27,007 nt of DNA from a virus (Duplodnaviria; Caudoviricetes). The notes under the pieces were generated by a model. That model was not told the origin of the DNA, ran no database searches, and was given only the letters and a program-made list of their open reading frames with translations. Where the stretch lies: the IMG/VR virus record IMGVR_UViG_3300020042_010878, positions 1 through 27,007 of that record. One strand, written 5' to 3'. Positions 24,250-27,007 of this stretch are shown here, in pieces; the first letter of the stretch is position 1; every line of letters starts with the position of its first letter. The position numbers were made by a program, and so were the translations under genes.

Positions 24250-24541
24250 TTGATGACTTTCTCTGTTTGATCCGAAAAAATCCTTCCAATTCAGGCACCT
24301 GTTTCATCAGCAAACGACTATACAAAGCGCGGTGGTTGTTGCAGAGCTTGAACACCGGATCGTTCGTTGTCATGGCTCGATGAAATCGGATAATCTCAAA
24401 GATCGCCCCAATGCCATAGAAGTCTCTGCCAGACCTCTTTATGTCTAATGCAATCTTCTTGACCTCCTCATACACATGAGGGTTGTCCATGTGAAAAGCT
24501 AAAAAAGCCAACTCAATTTTATCTTTATCGTCCATTGTCAT
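24242..24541 (-). CDS. Conserved phage hypothetical protein
   Basis: F..FH..NPHVY...IFEIIRF...FKLCNNHRALYSRLLM...PEL.GFF. Confidence 0.75.
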   Translation of the reverse strand: MTMDDKDKIELAFLAFHMDNPHVYEEVKKIALDIKRSGRDFYGIGAIFEIIRFHRAMTTNDPVFKLCNNHRALYSRLLMKQVPELEGFFRIKQRKSSNG

Positions 24542-24546
24542 CCCCT

Positions 24547-24586
24547 TTTAAAAATACCCCCCCAACACCCCTCATGTCGGGAGGGC
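24547..24586 (-). terminator. Probable terminator/attenuating hairpin after the SSB gene
   Basis: Minus strand GCCCTCCCGACAT-gaggg-GTGTTGGGGGGGT (G-U pairs work only on this strand) then ATTTTT. Confidence 0.6.
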
Positions 24587-24595
24587 TTTTTCAGA

Positions 24596-25078
24596 TTACT
24601 TCTTAGCCCACGGCGGTGACGCCTTACTTGTTGCCGCGGGAGTGGACTCAGAAGTCTCTGAAATCTTCGGGATCGATGCGCCGTTTACGCTCGACCATCC
24701 TTTAATGTCGTTCTGTGGACCGTATTCTTCAGATGATCGAATTGACACTTTGATCTTCAACCGAGCACCAATTAATTGATCTGTATCGTTGACGCGGTTG
24801 ATGCCAATCGCGACCATCAACTCGCCAAGCTGTTGGCGAGCAATTTCTTCAGCCTTCGGATTAGCATTTTTAATGTTAAAATTGCCAAAAACCACGCGAC
24901 CCTGATGCGTCGGACCCACAATGTCATAGCGAATACTAATTAACTGACCAGTACCCGCTTTGTTGTCTTTCAACTCTGCTTTGGTAATCGTGACCTCATA
25001 AATACCCGCAGGTAGTGGGTCAAAACTACTGGTGCTTTTCGGGAGTGTGTCGAGTGAAAATTCTTCGTTAAGTTGCAT
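24596..25078 (-). CDS. DUF669-type single-stranded DNA-binding protein
   Basis: FDPLPAGIYEVTI..AE.K..K.GTG...GRVVFGNFNI.N.N..AEEIA...NDIKG...PPWAKK. Confidence 0.85.
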   Translation of the reverse strand: MQLNEEFSLDTLPKSTSSFDPLPAGIYEVTITKAELKDNKAGTGQLISIRYDIVGPTHQGRVVFGNFNIKNANPKAEEIARQQLGELMVAIGINRVNDTDQLIGARLKIKVSIRSSEEYGPQNDIKGWSSVNGASIPKISETSESTPAATSKASPPWAKK

Positions 25079-25082
25079 AATA

Positions 25083-25472
25083 TTAACCCTTCTTGCTGAT
25101 TGTGAATGAGGGCCGACCGGAAGTGGTCAGAACGCCCTTTGATAAAATGCGGGTGATTTTCTCATCCGCGGACTTCCATACCGCCACATTGATCTCAGGC
25201 TTCCACCGGAACAGGCTTTGCAAATGCTCGACCAGTCCGTTCTCCGCGGCAAGATCTTGAATTTTGTCGGCATCAACCTTGCGGTTCAAACGGCCAACAA
25301 TCTTTACTGAGTACTCTCCAACCTCGTAGGAATCAGTCCCCTCTTGATCTTCCTTGATCGACAGGATCTTGATCAGTTGGTCTTCAATATCGCGACGGAC
25401 CTCAACCGCATTCTTCTCGGTTTCCTTCGCCTCAATCCAACTCTGCGCCAATGGCTCAACGTTCGACGTCAT
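25083..25472 (-). CDS. Recombination-module protein (DUF7173-like)
   Basis: W.EAKE.E..A...RR.IED...LFRWKPEI...GRPSF; lies between the ATPase and SSB genes. Confidence 0.7.
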   Translation of the reverse strand: MTSNVEPLAQSWIEAKETEKNAVEVRRDIEDQLIKILSIKEDQEGTDSYEVGEYSVKIVGRLNRKVDADKIQDLAAENGLVEHLQSLFRWKPEINVAVWKSADEKITRILSKGVLTTSGRPSFTISKKG

Positions 25473-26143
25473 TTGCCACCTATTTTCGCAATGATCTCGC
25501 CAAGATCAGGAGCTTCCCACGCGCCTAGCTTCCCACTGCGGTCTTTGGCAAGCCAGAGCCCGTCGCTGTCGCACATAAGAGCCCTCTGGGACGCTCCATC
25601 GGCATCCTTCTCAACGCGGAGCGCGAGCACCTCGTCGAAAAAGTAAGGCAAAGCCTGACCCGTTTTATTGCCAGGCATGCTCGGGGCATATGTGACCCGC
25701 CCCATCTCGTCTTGCGTCTTCTCCAACTTCGCCGACATGTAAACATGGCGATCGGGAAGATCCCGAAACGCACGAATCACGTCGGCCATCTTCTCTTGCA
25801 TCGCCCCGTATGCTTGACGAGGATCCTTCGCAATCTTCTTCTCCGAGTTCAACACAACCTCGGCAATCTCGGAAATGCTATCGAGCGCGACCGAGCCGTA
25901 GCCTTTGGCTTCCTCGGAACCAGTCAGCCACTCATAAGCCTCCATGAGATCATCCATGCTACCAATCTCAATATATGGCAGATCTGCATCCTGAATTGAT
26001 AAAAGACCGCCTTCAGCCGAAAGTACAATCGGCTTCGGCAACGTCGTTATCAATGTAGTCTTTCCGGCACCCGCTTGCCCATAGACAAGCAGTTTGACGC
26101 CGTTAGCGGACAAGCCGCCTGTTGTCTTTAAATTTATCGCCAT
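25469..26143 (-). CDS. AAA_24 / Sak4-like ATPase (ssDNA annealing)
   Basis: KLLVYGQAGAGKT Walker A, LSAEGG, VALDSISE Walker B, AKDRSG. Confidence 0.88.
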   Translation of the reverse strand: MAINLKTTGGLSANGVKLLVYGQAGAGKTTLITTLPKPIVLSAEGGLLSIQDADLPYIEIGSMDDLMEAYEWLTGSEEAKGYGSVALDSISEIAEVVLNSEKKIAKDPRQAYGAMQEKMADVIRAFRDLPDRHVYMSAKLEKTQDEMGRVTYAPSMPGNKTGQALPYFFDEVLALRVEKDADGASQRALMCDSDGLWLAKDRSGKLGAWEAPDLGEIIAKIGGK

Positions 26144-26191
26144 TTACTCACCTCTGTTTATGTTCGGTCGGACAATCCGTTCGAACAACAC

Positions 26192-26224
26192 TTGCAATGT
26201 AGATTTGATTTGTGCATATTGCAA
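26192..26224. promoter_or_regulatory. Overlapping divergent sigma70-type promoters
   Basis: Plus: TTGCAA(26192-97)-17-CATATT(26215-20). Minus: TTGCAA(26224-19)-17-TACATT(26201-196). Confidence 0.65.
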
Positions 26225-26261
26225 CCCTTGATCACATAAATTTAACAGGAGCCACAAAAAA

Positions 26262-26447
26262 ATGACAATTACGGACATTGACGAACTACGGCGGACATTG
26301 AGAGTATTTAATATCCAAGCTGTTTCTCGGGAAACAGGTCTAAGTGCCAATGCAATTTATCGATTTCTTCGCGGCGGCAATCGTCCATCTTTTGATACGG
26401 TGTCTCGGCTTCAGCAATACCTGAAAGATTTCAAACAAAATGGCTGA
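26262..26447 (+). CDS. Cro-like HTH transcriptional regulator
   Basis: AGGAG RBS; NIQAVSRETGLSANAIYRFLRGGNRPSFDTVSRL. Confidence 0.85.
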   Translation: MTITDIDELRRTLRVFNIQAVSRETGLSANAIYRFLRGGNRPSFDTVSRLQQYLKDFKQNG

Positions 26448-27007
26448 CTTAACAAATATTTTCGGGGGGCCGTGGTCGCCTCCGACGACAAAGGTGCTCT
26501 TGCCGCCTGAAGACCAACTCCGCGATGCCATATCAAACGCCGGAATGATCGCGCCAAACGATATTTTTCTCGATGGCAAGATCCACCGCTTTCGATCGGG
26601 GACCAAGGGCGTTGGCGGGTTCGGAGACAAAACGGGTTGGTATATAGCGTTTAACGACGGGATCCCCGCGGGACGCTTCGGGTGTTGGCGCGCGGGTATT
26701 GAACAGCACTTTCGCGCCGACATTGGCCGGAAGCTCACCGACGCCGAGGAGATCGTCAACGCTCGTAGGCTGAGAGAGGCGCAAGTCCTCCGCGACGCCG
26801 ATATTCAACGGCGGCACCAAATTGCAACTCTGAACGTTGAGAAGATTTGGTCGAGTTGCACCTACGCGGATCCAGAGCACCCATACCTCAAGCGCAAGGG
26901 CATCGGCCTTCACGGGGCTCGGGTCACAGGCGACGGGCGTTTGGTTGTCCCGCTATACGACAAAGAGGGCAATATTACTTCTCTCCAATACATCGATACC
27001 GAGGGCG
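26440..27007 (+). CDS. Primase (TOPRIM-type, probably primase-helicase), N-terminal part running off the window
   Basis: Open from ATG 26440 to the end: DGKIHRF...GWY...G.FGCWR...HPYLKRKGI...LVVPLYD..G...SLQYI. Confidence 0.85.
   Translation, partial: MADLTNIFGGPWSPPTTKVLLPPEDQLRDAISNAGMIAPNDIFLDGKIHRFRSGTKGVGGFGDKTGWYIAFNDGIPAGRFGCWRAGIEQHFRADIGRKLTDAEEIVNARRLREAQVLRDADIQRRHQIATLNVEKIWSSCTYADPEHPYLKRKGIGLHGARVTGDGRLVVPLYDKEGNITSLQYIDTEG

Noticed and set aside
1-27007. Stop-codon reassignment, introns or inteins
   Set aside because: Genes tile densely under the standard code; the helicase, nuclease and ATPase are of normal length without insertions

Overview
27 kb fragment of a tailed dsDNA bacteriophage, probably podovirus-like. 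An alphaproteobacterial host is an inference from the GH108/3TM-holin lysis genes, promoter style and an SsrA-like C-terminus. There are three blocks. (1) 1-16020 (+), late module: two tail-fibre genes with chaperones, an embedded lysis cassette, adaptor- and nozzle-like tail proteins, a GNAT protein and three probable internal/ejection proteins. (2) 16017-26143 (-), early/middle module: about 20 short hypothetical genes joined by repeated junction elements, then VRR-NUC, SF2 helicase, Cas4-like exonuclease, DUF669 SSB and a Sak4-like ATPase. (3) 26262-27007 (+): a Cro-like HTH and the start of a primase. No tRNA, rRNA, CRISPR array, integrase or reverse transcriptase was seen. The most notable signal is a short [R/K/F/Y/E]-A-x-G-G motif recurring at module boundaries in all three putative internal proteins. 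It brackets a GNAT domain and a known stand-alone basic mini-protein, follows an internal S74 autocleavage domain and precedes a second GH108 muramidase, suggesting processed, swappable virion-cargo polyproteins. All family calls come from motif recognition by eye; no database search was run.
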